A stretch of DNA of 60,984 nucleotides, the filler included. It is 7 parts of 7 records of this genome, joined end to end, with 100 filler letters (N's around TTAATTAATTAA, not from the genome) between each part and the next. Parts side by side here need not be neighbours in the genome. Positions count along the whole stretch, not along the records: positions 29,704 to 39,414 come from SRR31156797_55063; positions 39,515 to 45,891 come from SRR31156797_55071; 5 more parts are not named here. The stretch is one strand, 5' to 3'. Below, piece by piece: positions 29,704-40,655 of the stretch (positions are counted from its first letter, which is position 1; each line of letters opens with the position of its first letter). Under the pieces are notes generated by a model. The model worked only from the letters and a program-made list of their open reading frames with translations. It had not been told where the DNA came from and made no database searches. Position numbers and translations under genes: made by a program.

Positions 29704-29773
29704 GCCCATCTTTCTAACATGTTGACATTAATATATAATTCATGGTGCAAAAATTTGTACTTCATCATTAAAG

Positions 29774-31162
29774 TCAACTCAGTCCGTATTTTTTCATTTT
29801 ATACTGCATCAAATTTTTCTTGATGCCTAAAAGCTCGGCGGCATGGGCCTGAACATTATCGCTGCGGGCCAGGGCTCCCTGTATCATCTTTTTTTCTATG
29901 GACCCGAGAGTTTCATTAAGGTTGGCGCCCATCATAAGCAGTTTGTCCACATCAATGTCGATACTTTTCTGTTCGACGATGCTTTCTTCGCCTTCATGAA
30001 ATTCTTCGGTCAGGTCGGCGGCCTCGATTTTATCTCCCGAACACAGGATGACTGCCCGTTCAACCGCATTTTCCAATTCACGCACATTCCCGGGCCATGG
30101 GTGGCTGTAAATACGCCTCAAGGCGTCCGGTGAAATCGTGATGTTCGCCCCCGCGCCTTTTTCCTTGGTGTATTTTTCTATGAAATGGGAAACGAGCAAT
30201 GGAATATCGTCGGTTCTTTCTCTCAATGGCGGAATGGAGATATGGACGACGTTAAGGCGGTAAAAAAGATCCTCCCTGAACCTGCCCGCCGCGACTTCGC
30301 TTTTAAGGTCGCGGTTCGTGGCCGCGATCACCCGGACATCGACGTCTATCGTATCGTTGCCGCCCACGCGCTCGAACTTTCTTTCCTGTAAAACCCTTAA
30401 AAGCTTGGATTGTAAATTCGGCGTCATTTCACCGATTTCATCCAGAAAAAGAGACCCGGAATCAGCCAGTTCAAACCGGCCTTTTCTGGTTGAGCGGGCA
30501 TCGGTGAAGGCGCCTTTTTCATGCCCGAAAAGTTCGCTTTCCAAAAGGGTTTCCGCCAAGGCCGAGCAGTTCACCGCTACAAACGGCCCCTTGGCCCTGT
30601 GCCCCTGGTAATGCACGGCCTTGGCAATGAGTTCCTTACCCGTTCCGCTTTCCCCGGTAACAAGGATGGTGGCCCTGGTGACAGCAACCTTTTCAATTAG
30701 GCGGTATATTTCCAGCATCGGCTTGCTCTTGCCTATAATGGCGCCGAAGCTGTACCGTTCCTTGAGCGCTTCGGTCAGCTCACGATTTTCTCTCATGAGC
30801 CGTCCTATTTCCAGCGCCTTGCGAATCGCCCTCATCAGGTCTTCATTCTGAAACGGCTTGGTTATGTAATCATTGGCCCCTTTTTTCATGGCCTCGACCG
30901 CTTTTTCCACGGTTCCATGGGCGGTCATCATTATGACCGGAAGCTCGGGCCAAACTTCCTTTACTTTGCTGAGCAGTTCAATTCCATCCATGCGCGGCAT
31001 GGTCATATCGGTCAGAATGAGGTCCGGGTTCGCCTCCTGCAGCAGTTCCAATGCATGGGCGCCGCTTTCCGCAGTGAGGGTTTGGTAACCTTCATCGGAA
31101 AGAAGAGTTTCCATTACCAGCAGGTAGTTTTTTTCATCATCAACAACAAGTATCGTGCTCAT
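29774..31162 (-). CDS. sigma-54-dependent NtrC-family response regulator
   Basis: Receiver 'ILVVDDE', 'GESGTGKE', 'GAFTDA', 'WPGNVRELEN', Fis-type HTH. Confidence 0.96.
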   Translation of the reverse strand: MSTILVVDDEKNYLLVMETLLSDEGYQTLTAESGAHALELLQEANPDLILTDMTMPRMDGIELLSKVKEVWPELPVIMMTAHGTVEKAVEAMKKGANDYITKPFQNEDLMRAIRKALEIGRLMRENRELTEALKERYSFGAIIGKSKPMLEIYRLIEKVAVTRATILVTGESGTGKELIAKAVHYQGHRAKGPFVAVNCSALAETLLESELFGHEKGAFTDARSTRKGRFELADSGSLFLDEIGEMTPNLQSKLLRVLQERKFERVGGNDTIDVDVRVIAATNRDLKSEVAAGRFREDLFYRLNVVHISIPPLRERTDDIPLLVSHFIEKYTKEKGAGANITISPDALRRIYSHPWPGNVRELENAVERAVILCSGDKIEAADLTEEFHEGEESIVEQKSIDIDVDKLLMMGANLNETLGSIEKKMIQGALARSDNVQAHAAELLGIKKNLMQYKMKKYGLS

Positions 31163-31222
31163 TTTAAAACCATTAACATCTTTACGGCGGATGCCGGCCG
31201 GGCGCCGCCAGTCATTTTCCCT

Positions 31223-32725
31223 CTAATTCCGGCTTACCGGCAATCGTACAATCAGCCGAGTTCCTCCGCCTTTGCTAGATTCTATGGCAACCTGTCCCTT
31301 GTGGCTTTCTATGATGTTCTTCACAATAGCCAGCCCCAGACCGCTGCCCCTGTTTTTGGTGGTGACAAAAGGATTGAAAAGGTTTTCGGCCTTTTCAGGG
31401 TCTATTCCGGTTCCCGTGTCGGCGACAACCACTTCCACCATTCCCAGGCTTTTACCGTTTTTATCATAAGGCAACGAGGTGCTGACCTTCAAACGCCCTC
31501 CTTCGGGCATGGATTGCACGGCATTCATGAATACATTGAGAAAAGCCCGGTAAAGAAGATCAGAATCCGCTGAAATCGAATCCGGCCCCTGATAGTCCTT
31601 TTCAACGTCTATCCCGTCCTTATCCAGGGCCGGGGACAGAAAACCCAGGTTTTTGTCAAGCACATCCTCAATCCGACAAGGATTCAGGTTCGGCGTTTGA
31701 GGCCGGGCAAAATCCAGGAATTCGGTAACAATACCGTTCAATCTCCCGGATTCTTCAACAATCACATCCGCCAGTTTGTTATCGGGTTCGTATTTTTTTA
31801 TCTTTCCCCGTAGTATTTCGCCCGTACTGCTAATTATGCCCAGAGGATTCCTTATTTCATGGGCCACAGCCGCAATCATTCTCCCCAGGGCCGCCAGGCG
31901 CTCCGAGTGGTGGAGCTTTTCTTCAAGCCGCCGCTGCTCCTCATTTCGCTCGTCAATAATTCTTTCACCTCGAATAAGTATCTGGCGAAGTATGAAAAAC
32001 AAAACCCCGCTGAAGCCCAAAGAAATGGCAATGCTCAAGTATTGGAACCTTGTGTTTTCAGCGTAATCCTCGGTCAGGTCCTGGTAAATCTCAAAAACTC
32101 CCAGGATATCCCCGACCGCCCCTTTTACAGGCTTTTCACCTCTGAAGGGAAACAGGGTTTTTAGCGTCCAGGACTGTCCGAGTCCAGGCAGGCTTTTCCC
32201 GCTTTTTGAAATGAGGATTGATGAGTTTTTTCCTTCAAGCGCATCCTGGTACGCTTTTTCATCCACGGCTTCCTTATTAAGCTGATCCTTATCCGTGCTG
32301 TAAATTACCTTGCCTTCAAGGTCGTAAATATTGACGCGCTTGACCTTGAAACTATGGATGGTGTTCCTGACAACGGCATCGAGGAGATTGAACTGGTAAG
32401 GATCCCTTAGGCGAATTCTCCCATACCTGACCGCCGTCGGGATGACAAATTGAAGGAATACCTGGTGATTTAGATTGTCGGCTAAAAGCAGGGCGTAGTC
32501 GTCGCTCTTCTTAAGAATCATGTTCCTGGCCTGGCGTGAGATAAATATGGTAAGAACCAGGGTGAAAATAAGAATGACGACAAAGCCGGTGAGTGAAAAA
32601 TATTTCACCAGCCGGAACGGGCGAATGGGTTCATCCTCGGGGTTCTGAGGATGCCATTCGCCTGCGTCCCCGACGGTTTTCATTTCCGTTTCTTCTTGAT
32701 TTAATTCCAAATTACGGCCAATCAA
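31223..32725 (-). CDS. membrane sensor histidine kinase (cognate to the NtrC-type regulator)
   Basis: Two TM helices, 'VAHEIRNPL', 'DTGTGI', 'GSGLGL'. True start may be slightly downstream. Confidence 0.93.
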   Translation of the reverse strand: MIGRNLELNQEETEMKTVGDAGEWHPQNPEDEPIRPFRLVKYFSLTGFVVILIFTLVLTIFISRQARNMILKKSDDYALLLADNLNHQVFLQFVIPTAVRYGRIRLRDPYQFNLLDAVVRNTIHSFKVKRVNIYDLEGKVIYSTDKDQLNKEAVDEKAYQDALEGKNSSILISKSGKSLPGLGQSWTLKTLFPFRGEKPVKGAVGDILGVFEIYQDLTEDYAENTRFQYLSIAISLGFSGVLFFILRQILIRGERIIDERNEEQRRLEEKLHHSERLAALGRMIAAVAHEIRNPLGIISSTGEILRGKIKKYEPDNKLADVIVEESGRLNGIVTEFLDFARPQTPNLNPCRIEDVLDKNLGFLSPALDKDGIDVEKDYQGPDSISADSDLLYRAFLNVFMNAVQSMPEGGRLKVSTSLPYDKNGKSLGMVEVVVADTGTGIDPEKAENLFNPFVTTKNRGSGLGLAIVKNIIESHKGQVAIESSKGGGTRLIVRLPVSRN

Positions 32726-34155
32726 TCAATAATATACTTTTTCTTGGCCGCAGGGCCTTTTTCGAACTCGGTTTTGAAAGATTCGAATCCGGGGCGTCCC
32801 ATAAGACCGTAAGTGTATTTCTTGCCTGCTTCAACGCCCGGTTGATCGAGAGGATTAATGTTATAGAGATAGCCGCTCATGACCGTGGCGACTTCAAAGA
32901 AGTACATTATATATCCCATTGCGGCCGGGGTCACCTTGGGCAGGGTGATGGTCATATTCGGCCGGCCGGCCGAGGCCAGCGCTTTTGTGGTGGAAGCCTG
33001 CTCGGCTTTAATCAGTTCGCTCAGGGAATGTCCGCCAAGGTATCCGATATCTTCCTTTTCCTTGAAAAGTGGAGGTATCTTTATATCCACGCGATAGTTG
33101 TTCACGCCGAGAAAAACAATGACCTTGTCGTGGGGGCCTTCCATGTACAACTGGATCTGTGAATGCTGATCCGTGGCGCCCAGGGCCTTGACCGGAGTCT
33201 GGCCGGCGAAGACGTTTTTCCCTGCGGTGGACTTGGCTTTGCCCAGGGATTCCGCCCACAACTGGTTGAACCAGTCCGCAACTTCGGACAATGCGTCGGC
33301 ATAAGGCATCATAACCATTATGGAACGCTTTTTCTTTTCCCGCAGGGCGTAAGCAATTGCGGCGAACATATAGGCCGGGTTTGATGTCATTGAAGCCTTG
33401 GTGCATGCTTCGGAAGCAGCAGCGGCGCCGCGTAGAAGTTCGGCCACATTAACCCCGACCACCGATAGAGGAAGCAAGCCGACCGGCGTCAAAACGGAGT
33501 AACGTCCGCCAACCCCGGGCGGTATGTCAAAGGTTTCGAAATCAACCTCATTGGCAAGGGCTCGCAGTAATCCCTGTTCGGGATCGGTAGTGACAACGAC
33601 ATGCTCTTTTAGACTGGACTTGCCGAGACTCCGCCTGATCTGGTCGTAAATGATCATGAACTGGCTCATGGTTTCGGCCGTAGTCCCGGACTTGCTGACA
33701 ACATTGAATATTGTATGACGCGGGTCGACCAGGTTAAGCATGGCCGTAATGCCTTCGGGATCAATGTTGTCCGCCACGAACAGTCGGGGAAACCGCCGTT
33801 TGGACCGTTCAACAAGGTTCTGATTAAGGGGCCTGAGGGCCCGAAAGACGGCTTTCGTGCCAAGCGCGCTGCCGCCAATGCCCAAAACCACAAAATTGTC
33901 GATCCGCTTGCGGATATCATCCGCGGCTCTTTTTAACTTCCGTAGTTCCTTGGTCTGAAACGGCAGATCGTAAAAAGGCAGTTCTCCGCTCTTACGGCGG
34001 CTCATCATGTCCTTATGGGCCTCGGCGATGACGGGCTTCAGGTCGTCCAGGTCTTTTTTGGTCAGCCCATTATCCGACCCGATTATGTCGGACATGACAT
34101 TATTGAAATCCAGTTCAAACAGAGACTCTTTGGGGGTTGACTTCTTTTCCGACAT
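32722..34155 (-). CDS. pgi: glucose-6-phosphate isomerase
   Basis: 'LGIGGSALG', 'SKSGTTAET', 'VGGRYSV', 'QLWAESLGK', 'DQHS', 'DQPGVEAGK'. Confidence 0.96.
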   Translation of the reverse strand: MSEKKSTPKESLFELDFNNVMSDIIGSDNGLTKKDLDDLKPVIAEAHKDMMSRRKSGELPFYDLPFQTKELRKLKRAADDIRKRIDNFVVLGIGGSALGTKAVFRALRPLNQNLVERSKRRFPRLFVADNIDPEGITAMLNLVDPRHTIFNVVSKSGTTAETMSQFMIIYDQIRRSLGKSSLKEHVVVTTDPEQGLLRALANEVDFETFDIPPGVGGRYSVLTPVGLLPLSVVGVNVAELLRGAAAASEACTKASMTSNPAYMFAAIAYALREKKKRSIMVMMPYADALSEVADWFNQLWAESLGKAKSTAGKNVFAGQTPVKALGATDQHSQIQLYMEGPHDKVIVFLGVNNYRVDIKIPPLFKEKEDIGYLGGHSLSELIKAEQASTTKALASAGRPNMTITLPKVTPAAMGYIMYFFEVATVMSGYLYNINPLDQPGVEAGKKYTYGLMGRPGFESFKTEFEKGPAAKKKYIID

Positions 34156-34219
34156 GTCACCTCACTTCTTTTCAGCTTGTTAACCCTTGCGAAATCCGAA
34201 TCCACCTAAGGAACTTGAA

Positions 34220-34786
34220 TTATTCCCGAGGCTTAGCCAGAATTTCCAAAACCTTTAATTCCAAAAATCTTTTTGACGACCATGTACGCATTAACGCAAC
34301 CGTATCGGCCCCGCGTCCTGTACCCGCAATAGCGGCCGCCTCTATGTCTTCGGCCAGCAATCCCCCATCGCATGCTTCCATTACAATCTCGCAGCAAACT
34401 TTTATTCCATGCCCCAATCTTCGAAGTGAAGCCGCGATTATCTGCGTTGGATAACTCCCCGAGTATGAGTCGCTCAATCCCGTTTCAAGGGAATGAGTAA
34501 GAATGGTCCCCCGATAAACCTTGCCGCCGAGATCCATGATCCGCTTTTGGTTTTCCGGGAGAAATTCATCAATATTGGGCCCTTTGAATCCGACCGAATG
34601 GCCGACGACGACAAGATTGCATCCGCGGTCGTGGAGAATTTCGGCGACCTGAACCCCGGTCTGACCAGTTGTAGAAGCCACAACGAAGTCCTGGACGCCT
34701 TCGTCCGCCAATTCGGTAATGATTTCAAGGCACCGGACCGTATTCACCGGCCCTGCCTTTTCAAAATAGTCTACGTATCTTCTCAT
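34220..34786 (-). CDS. stand-alone pyruvate kinase C-terminal (PK_C) domain protein
   Basis: 'YFEKAGPVNT', 'VVASTTGQTG', 'GIKVCCEIVMEACDGG', 'GTGRGADT'. Confidence 0.85.
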   Translation of the reverse strand: MRRYVDYFEKAGPVNTVRCLEIITELADEGVQDFVVASTTGQTGVQVAEILHDRGCNLVVVGHSVGFKGPNIDEFLPENQKRIMDLGGKVYRGTILTHSLETGLSDSYSGSYPTQIIAASLRRLGHGIKVCCEIVMEACDGGLLAEDIEAAAIAGTGRGADTVALMRTWSSKRFLELKVLEILAKPRE

Positions 34787-34896
34787 GGCAATTTTGAGAT
34801 ACAACTGAACTCTTTTCGGCAAAGGCCCACACTCGTATTGACAATGTCAACTGTTGATTATACTCTTTTTTTTAGGAAAAGTCACGGATTGATATT

Positions 34897-35157
34897 ATGA
34901 TCAAAAAAATGCTGGAACAGATCGCCGACAAGATAATGGCTATGGACGAGGCATCGCTGACCGAGGTGCTTCCGGAGTATAAACGGGCCATGGAAAAATT
35001 CGAGCCCACAGAAGAATGGGAAAAATCCGTAATTATCTATTTCCTTATAAACTCCGTGCGGGTTAAAAATACAATTTTTAATGACAATATAATGAAGAGC
35101 CAGGAAAAACCGACCGGCGATAAACCGGAGTCTCCCTTAAAGCTGATTAAGAAGTAA
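34897..35157 (+). CDS. hypothetical protein
   Basis: 86 aa, 'DEASL...F.P..EWE..VI.YF..NSVR.KN..FN' pattern recalled from sulfate reducers. Confidence 0.75.
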   Translation: MIKKMLEQIADKIMAMDEASLTEVLPEYKRAMEKFEPTEEWEKSVIIYFLINSVRVKNTIFNDNIMKSQEKPTGDKPESPLKLIKK

Positions 35158-35217
35158 AATCGGCATGGACAAGTAGCCCAGTTACGCTGCAGGCTGCCAT
35201 AGTGGGAGGTCTTGCCC

Positions 35218-36555
35218 TTATTCGTCGGGCTCTCCGGATCCGTATTTTTCTCTCCACGTAGCCAGTTTTTCGGCAATGGCCCTTTCCCTGCCCCTGTTGG
35301 TGGGGAAATAATACCGCCTGCCGCGCAGTTCTTCAGGCATGTGCTCCTGGTTTACAATGGCCCCCTCGTAATCGTGGGCGTATTTGTATCCCTGGCCGTA
35401 ACCGAGTTGCTTCATTAAACCGGTTGGCGCATTCCTTATATGCAGGGGCGGCGGCAAAGAACCTTTTTCCTTGGCGTCGGCCCGGGCCTGACCAAAGGCT
35501 GTGTACAAGGCATTGGACTTCTCAGCCATGGCCAGATGGACCGCCAGGTGGGCCAGGGCCAGATCGCCTTCCGGCGAGCCAAGCAGCCGGTATGACTGCA
35601 GCGCGCTCGTGCCGATCAAAATAGCCAGCGGATCGGCTAACCCCACGTCCTCGGATGCAAATCGGATCATACGCCGGAGGATGTACACCGGGTCTTCCCC
35701 GGCTTCAAGCATTCTGGCCAGCCAGTACAAGGCCGCGTCCGGATCTGAATCCCGCAGACTTTTATGCAGAGCGGAAATAAGGTTGTAATGTTCTTCCCCA
35801 GCCTTGTCATAACGGAGGCTTTTTCTCTGGAGAGCTTCTTCCACATCGGACGTCCGAACGAGTCTTCCGCCGCCTTCCGGCCGTGAAATTGTAACCGCCA
35901 ACTCCAAACCGTTCAGCAGGGTCCTGGCGTCCCCGTCCGATATGTTCAACAGAAACCGGCGAGCTTCCTGGTCCAGTTCCGCGCCAATGGCGCCCAGTCC
36001 CCGTTCCGTATCGGATAATGCCCTGTCCGCCAACACTCCAAGTTCTTCGATGGATAAGGGCTGTAAAACCAAAACCCGCATCCTGGATAACAACGCGGGA
36101 ATAACTTCAAAGGAAGGATTTTCTGTTGTGGCCCCGATAAGAGTGATCAGACCGCTTTCCACATGAGGCAGAAAGCCGTCCTGCTGAGCCTTGTTGAACC
36201 TGTGGATTTCATCAATAAAAAGAACTGTTTTTCGTCGAGAATACTTCCTGCTTTCCTTGGCCGCGGCGACTACTTCCCTTAATTCCTTGACCCCGGACAT
36301 TACAGCGGAAAAGGAAACGAATTCGGCTTCAGCCGACCCCACCAGCAGTTTTGCCAGCGTGGTCTTACCCGAACCGGGCGGCCCCCAAAAAAGAAGAGAG
36401 GCGACCTGCCCTTGTTCAACAAGCCGCCCCAAAACCTTATCCGGTCCGATCAGATGTTTCTGGCCTATGTATTCGTCCAGACTCCGCGGCCGCATGCGCT
36501 CCGCCAGCGGCGCCTCAAGATTAACGGCCTCTTCCCTGGAAAACAAATCGGACAT
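35218..36555 (-). CDS. rarA: replication-associated recombination protein A
   Basis: 'PLAERMRP', 'GPPGSGKTT', 'DEIHRFNKAQQD', 'ISALHKS', 'ASEDVGLADP'. Confidence 0.96.
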   Translation of the reverse strand: MSDLFSREEAVNLEAPLAERMRPRSLDEYIGQKHLIGPDKVLGRLVEQGQVASLLFWGPPGSGKTTLAKLLVGSAEAEFVSFSAVMSGVKELREVVAAAKESRKYSRRKTVLFIDEIHRFNKAQQDGFLPHVESGLITLIGATTENPSFEVIPALLSRMRVLVLQPLSIEELGVLADRALSDTERGLGAIGAELDQEARRFLLNISDGDARTLLNGLELAVTISRPEGGGRLVRTSDVEEALQRKSLRYDKAGEEHYNLISALHKSLRDSDPDAALYWLARMLEAGEDPVYILRRMIRFASEDVGLADPLAILIGTSALQSYRLLGSPEGDLALAHLAVHLAMAEKSNALYTAFGQARADAKEKGSLPPPLHIRNAPTGLMKQLGYGQGYKYAHDYEGAIVNQEHMPEELRGRRYYFPTNRGRERAIAEKLATWREKYGSGEPDE

Positions 36556-36630
36556 GATCAGGTTAACCTTGCCTTATAAAAGTGAAAAGGCGGACAGAGG
36601 CTAAAGGTGAGCTTTTTCGGCTACATAGGC

Positions 36631-36665
36631 GAGATTGCTTCGTCGATTCTCTCCTAGCAATGACA
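36631..36665. repeat. REP-like palindromic element (GAGATTGCTTCGTCG...CCTAGCAATGACA)
   Basis: ATTGCT...AGCAAT stem; resembles the widespread 'GAGATTGCTTCG...CTCGCAATGAC' intergenic repeat (recall). Confidence 0.6.
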
Positions 36666-36710
36666 TTTGTTGCTTTAGGTCCAACCATAAAACTACCGGA
36701 CGCAATCAAA

Positions 36711-37418
36711 TCACCCGCCAAGGTAAGCCGATTTTACCCCTTCGTCTTTGAGAAGATTCTGTGCGGTATCGCTCATCGTTATTCGGCCGGTGGTCATTAT
36801 GTACCCGCGATGGGCCGTCTGCAGGGCCAGGTTGGCATTCTGTTCCACCAGGAAAATGGTCGTCTTGTTCTCCTGGTTTATTTTCTTTATAATGTCGAAT
36901 ATTTGTCGGACAATAATAGGCGCCAGCCCCAAAGATGGCTCATCAAGCAGAAGCAGTTTCGGCCTGCCCATCAATGCCCTTGATATGGCCAGCATCTGCT
37001 GTTCGCCGCCGCTAAGAGTACCCCCGGCCTGGTGGCGTCTTTCAGCCAATATCGGAAACAATTCAAGCACATAATCCAGATCACTTTTGATGCCGTCTTT
37101 ATCGTTTCGCAAAAAAGCGCCCATGTCCAGGTTTTCCAGAACGGTCAGCAGCGGAAAAATCCGGCGGCCTTCCGGCGCCTGAATTATCCCCTTGGCCACA
37201 ATTTTTTCCGGGCTGACGGCCTTAATGGATTCTCCCATGAATGTAATTTCACCGCTCCGCGGCGGTACAACGCCCGAAATGGACATAAGGGTTGTTGTCT
37301 TACCCGCGCCGTTGGCGCCGAGCAGCGTAATTATTTCTCCTTCGGATACCTCTATATCGACCCCTTTGAGCGCCTGGATGTTTCCGTAGTATGTGTTTAC
37401 ATTATTAAGGCTCAACAT
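36711..37418 (-). CDS. livF: branched-chain amino acid ABC transporter ATPase
   Basis: 'GANGAGKTT', 'LSGGEQQMLAI', 'LLDEPSLGLAP'. Confidence 0.95.
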   Translation of the reverse strand: MLSLNNVNTYYGNIQALKGVDIEVSEGEIITLLGANGAGKTTTLMSISGVVPPRSGEITFMGESIKAVSPEKIVAKGIIQAPEGRRIFPLLTVLENLDMGAFLRNDKDGIKSDLDYVLELFPILAERRHQAGGTLSGGEQQMLAISRALMGRPKLLLLDEPSLGLAPIIVRQIFDIIKKINQENKTTIFLVEQNANLALQTAHRGYIMTTGRITMSDTAQNLLKDEGVKSAYLGG

Positions 37419-37420
37419 TA

Positions 37421-38203
37421 TTAGAGTTCCTCGCCCAGGTACGCCGTGATCACGCGTTTGTCGTTCTTGATTTCCTCCGGAGTACCCTTGGCTATCAGAC
37501 GGCCGTAGTCCATAACAAAGATTCGTTCCGACAAGTTCATCACCAGGCTCATGTCGTGCTCGATCAGAAGTATCGCTATTTTATCCTCATTCCTGATCCT
37601 GGTGATCAACTCAACAAGATCCTGAGTTTCGGCGATATTCATACCGGCCGCGGGCTCATCCAGCAGAAGCAGGAAAGGCTCCGTGGCCATGGCCCGGACG
37701 ATCTCAAGCCGCCTTTGGTCGCCGTAGGGGAGGTTCTTTGCCAGCTCGTTTACATAGTCCTTCAGACCGAACCTGGCCAAAAGATTGTAACAATAAGCGA
37801 CAGCGTCTCTTTCTTCATGCTTGGTCCTTTTATCCCTCAATGCCGCGCCCAAAATGCCGGCGTGCAAACGGCAATGCCGCCCGATCAAAACATTTTCCAA
37901 AACAGTCAATGTGGGAAAGAGACGAATATTCTGAAATGTTCGGGCCATGCCCAGTTCCGTCACCTTATTGGGCTTGAAACCGTTGACCCGTTTTACCTCT
38001 CCGTTGGGTGGGGCCAAAAGAACGTCTCCGGCTGTCGGGTTGTATATGCCTGTAATGCAATTGAAAAAAGTCGTCTTGCCCGCGCCGTTGGGCCCGATCA
38101 GCGCCGCGATTTCACCTGATGTTACGTCCAGGTCCACATTGTCCAGAGCGACCAGGCCCCCGAAATGCATAGTCAGTTTTTTTGTTTCAAGAAGTTGCGC
38201 CAT
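37421..38203 (-). CDS. livG: branched-chain amino acid ABC transporter ATPase
   Basis: 'GPNGAGKTT', 'ARTFQNIRLF', 'LPYGDQRRLEI', 'DEPAAGMN'. Confidence 0.95.
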   Translation of the reverse strand: MAQLLETKKLTMHFGGLVALDNVDLDVTSGEIAALIGPNGAGKTTFFNCITGIYNPTAGDVLLAPPNGEVKRVNGFKPNKVTELGMARTFQNIRLFPTLTVLENVLIGRHCRLHAGILGAALRDKRTKHEERDAVAYCYNLLARFGLKDYVNELAKNLPYGDQRRLEIVRAMATEPFLLLLDEPAAGMNIAETQDLVELITRIRNEDKIAILLIEHDMSLVMNLSERIFVMDYGRLIAKGTPEEIKNDKRVITAYLGEEL

Positions 38204-38204
38204 T

Positions 38205-39414
38205 TTACTTAAATTTTCTCTCATCCATATCATCTACATGGTGAAACTCGTAGTGCCTCTGCACGTTCTGAATAAATCCGCCCGGCCGGAAAACCATCAT
38301 CAGCACCAGGGCGGCGCCGAAAAGCAGCATCCGGTAATCGGCGAAAGCCCGGAAATACTCAGGCAGCAGAATAATAACCAGGGCCCCGATAAAAACGCCG
38401 ACAATAGAGCCCATGCCGCCTAAAACCACGATGCTGAGGATAAGCGCGGATTCCATGAAAGTAAAACTGGCCGGATTCACAAAAGTCGTTTTTGCGGCGA
38501 AAATCACCCCGGCCATGCCCGCCCAGGTGGCGCCCAGGGCAAACGCGGTCAGTTTTGTCTTGGTTTTATCTATTCCCATGGCCTGACAGGCGATTTCATC
38601 TTCCCGCAAGGCCAGCCAGGCCCGGCCTATTCGGGAATTCTGAAGCCGATTCACAACAAAAATCGTGAAAAGCGTCATGCCGATCATAATATAAAACAGG
38701 TAATTAATATGAGAAGCCAAACCGAGCTCTAAGCCGAATAATCCCGGCCTAGATATGTTGGCGATGCCGCTCGGGCCAAAGGAAAACTCATTCCAGTTTT
38801 CCAATACCAGTCTGATGATTTCGCCGAATCCAAGAGTGACGATGGCCAGGTAGTCTCCTCTCAGCCGTAGAACGGGAAATCCCAGGAGCACGCCGAACAT
38901 CAGGCCGAAAATGGCGCCGATGGGCAGAACGGTCCAGAAACCTAAATGATAATGATAGTTAAGCAGCGCATATGTATAAGCCCCGACCGCGTAAAACGCC
39001 ACGTACCCCAGGTCGAGCAACCCGGCCACGCCCACAACGATATTAAGCCCCAATCCGAGCATTACGTACATCAGTGCCGTTATCATAATATTGGTCTGGT
39101 AAGTGGAAAATATCAGAGGGAAAACCAGGGCCAGGGCAGAGCCGGCCACAAGAGCTATTATCGTGTATTCCTTTACGCCGGCCAACCTGATGGAAATAAT
39201 AGTCAAAACCGCCATGATTATAAAGGTCTGATACACACGGGTGGATGGGACAAAGAGCATGAGCAGCCCGGTCAGAACAGCCGCGCCCATCATGGTAAAA
39301 ATCCTGTTGGTGCGGCTATCCAGAAACTGCTTTAAAGCAGAGCCGTCCTCGGAGCCCTCCAGTTCCGCCTTCTTGGCGCCACTTTCCTTTCTGGACATGA
39401 GAAAACGCCACAGG
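38205..39414 (-). CDS. livM: branched-chain amino acid ABC transporter permease (5' end probably beyond contig)
   Basis: 'GLLDLGYVAFYAVGAY', 'LRLRGDYLAIVTLGFGEI', 'VVLGGMGS'. Confidence 0.93.
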
Positions 39415-39514
39415 NNNNNNNNNNNNNNNNNNNNNNNNNNNNNNNNNNNNNNNNNNNNTTAATTAATTAANNNNNNNNNNNNNNNNNNNNNNNNNNNNNN
39501 NNNNNNNNNNNNNN
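39415..39514. other. artificial contig linker
   Basis: N44-TTAATTAATTAA-N44. Confidence 0.99.
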
Positions 39515-40625
39515 GACCGTGGTTGAACAGGCCGCGCCGGTCCCCCCGGGCGTGGAGATCGACCTTGACCGGGATCTGGCCATTCTGCAGTACACGGCCG
39601 GCACCACCGGTAATCCCAAGGGCGCCATGCTCACCCACGGGAACCTTGCCCTCCACGGGAAAATCGTCCGCCATTACTACGAGTATGCGGAAGACGACGT
39701 GCATCTTCTGGTGCTGCCGGTGTTCCACGTGACCGGTCTCGATATCGCCATGAACCCGGCTCTGGCCCAGGGAAGCACCCTTGTGATGTTTGCGCGGTTT
39801 GATCTTATGGCCATACTGGACGTGATCCCCATGTACCGGGTTACCCACTGGGTCACCATCGCTCCCGTCAATATCGCCGTCACCAGCATTCCCGGTATCG
39901 AGACCCGTGATTTCTCCTCCCTCAGGCTGGTGCTCTCGGGCGGCGCACCCGTGCCGGAAGAGATCCATGAACGGTGGCGGCGCCTGGTCAAAACCAGCAT
40001 TGTGGAGGGGTACGGGTTAAGCGAGGCCACCGGGGGCATCTGCGGCAACAATTGCCAGCGGTACACCCCGGGCACCATCGGGGCCCCGGTTTATTTCCAT
40101 GACATACGGATCACGGACCCGGCGGGGAACGATCTTGGGATCAACCGGACCGGCGAGCTCTGGATCAAGGGCCCCTGCGTGATGAAGGGGTACTGGAACG
40201 ATCCCGGTAAGACCCGGGAGACCATCACCCGGGACGGGTGGCTGAAAACAGGGGACATGGCCATCCTCAACGAAGACGGGTGGCTATCCATTGTGGGAAG
40301 GAAAAAGGAGATGATCAAGGTGTCGGGCTACTCTGTGTTCCTTGCCGAGATCGATGCCTTTCTGCTCCGGCACGAGGCCGTTGCAGAGGCCGTCACCATC
40401 GGGCTTCCCCACGAGCGAAAGGGGGAGGTCCCCAAAAGCTTTATCGTGCTTAAGCCCCAGTACGTCAACGAAATTACCGAGGCCGATATCCTTTCCTTTT
40501 GCCGGGAGCAGATGGCCGCCTACAAGCGTCCCTCTTCCATCGTGTTCGTGGATTCCCTCCCCAAAAGCGGCGCGGGCAAGGTGCTCAGGCGGGTGCTCAG
40601 GGAGCGGGAGACGGCAAAAAACTAA
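39515..40625 (+). CDS. acyl-CoA synthetase (AMP-binding), 5' truncated
   Basis: 'YTAGTTGNPKG', 'EGYGLSE', 'WLKTGD', 'LPKSGAGK'. Confidence 0.92.
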
Positions 40626-40655
40626 ACCGGTGCGCAACCGTTACGGAGGCAGAAG

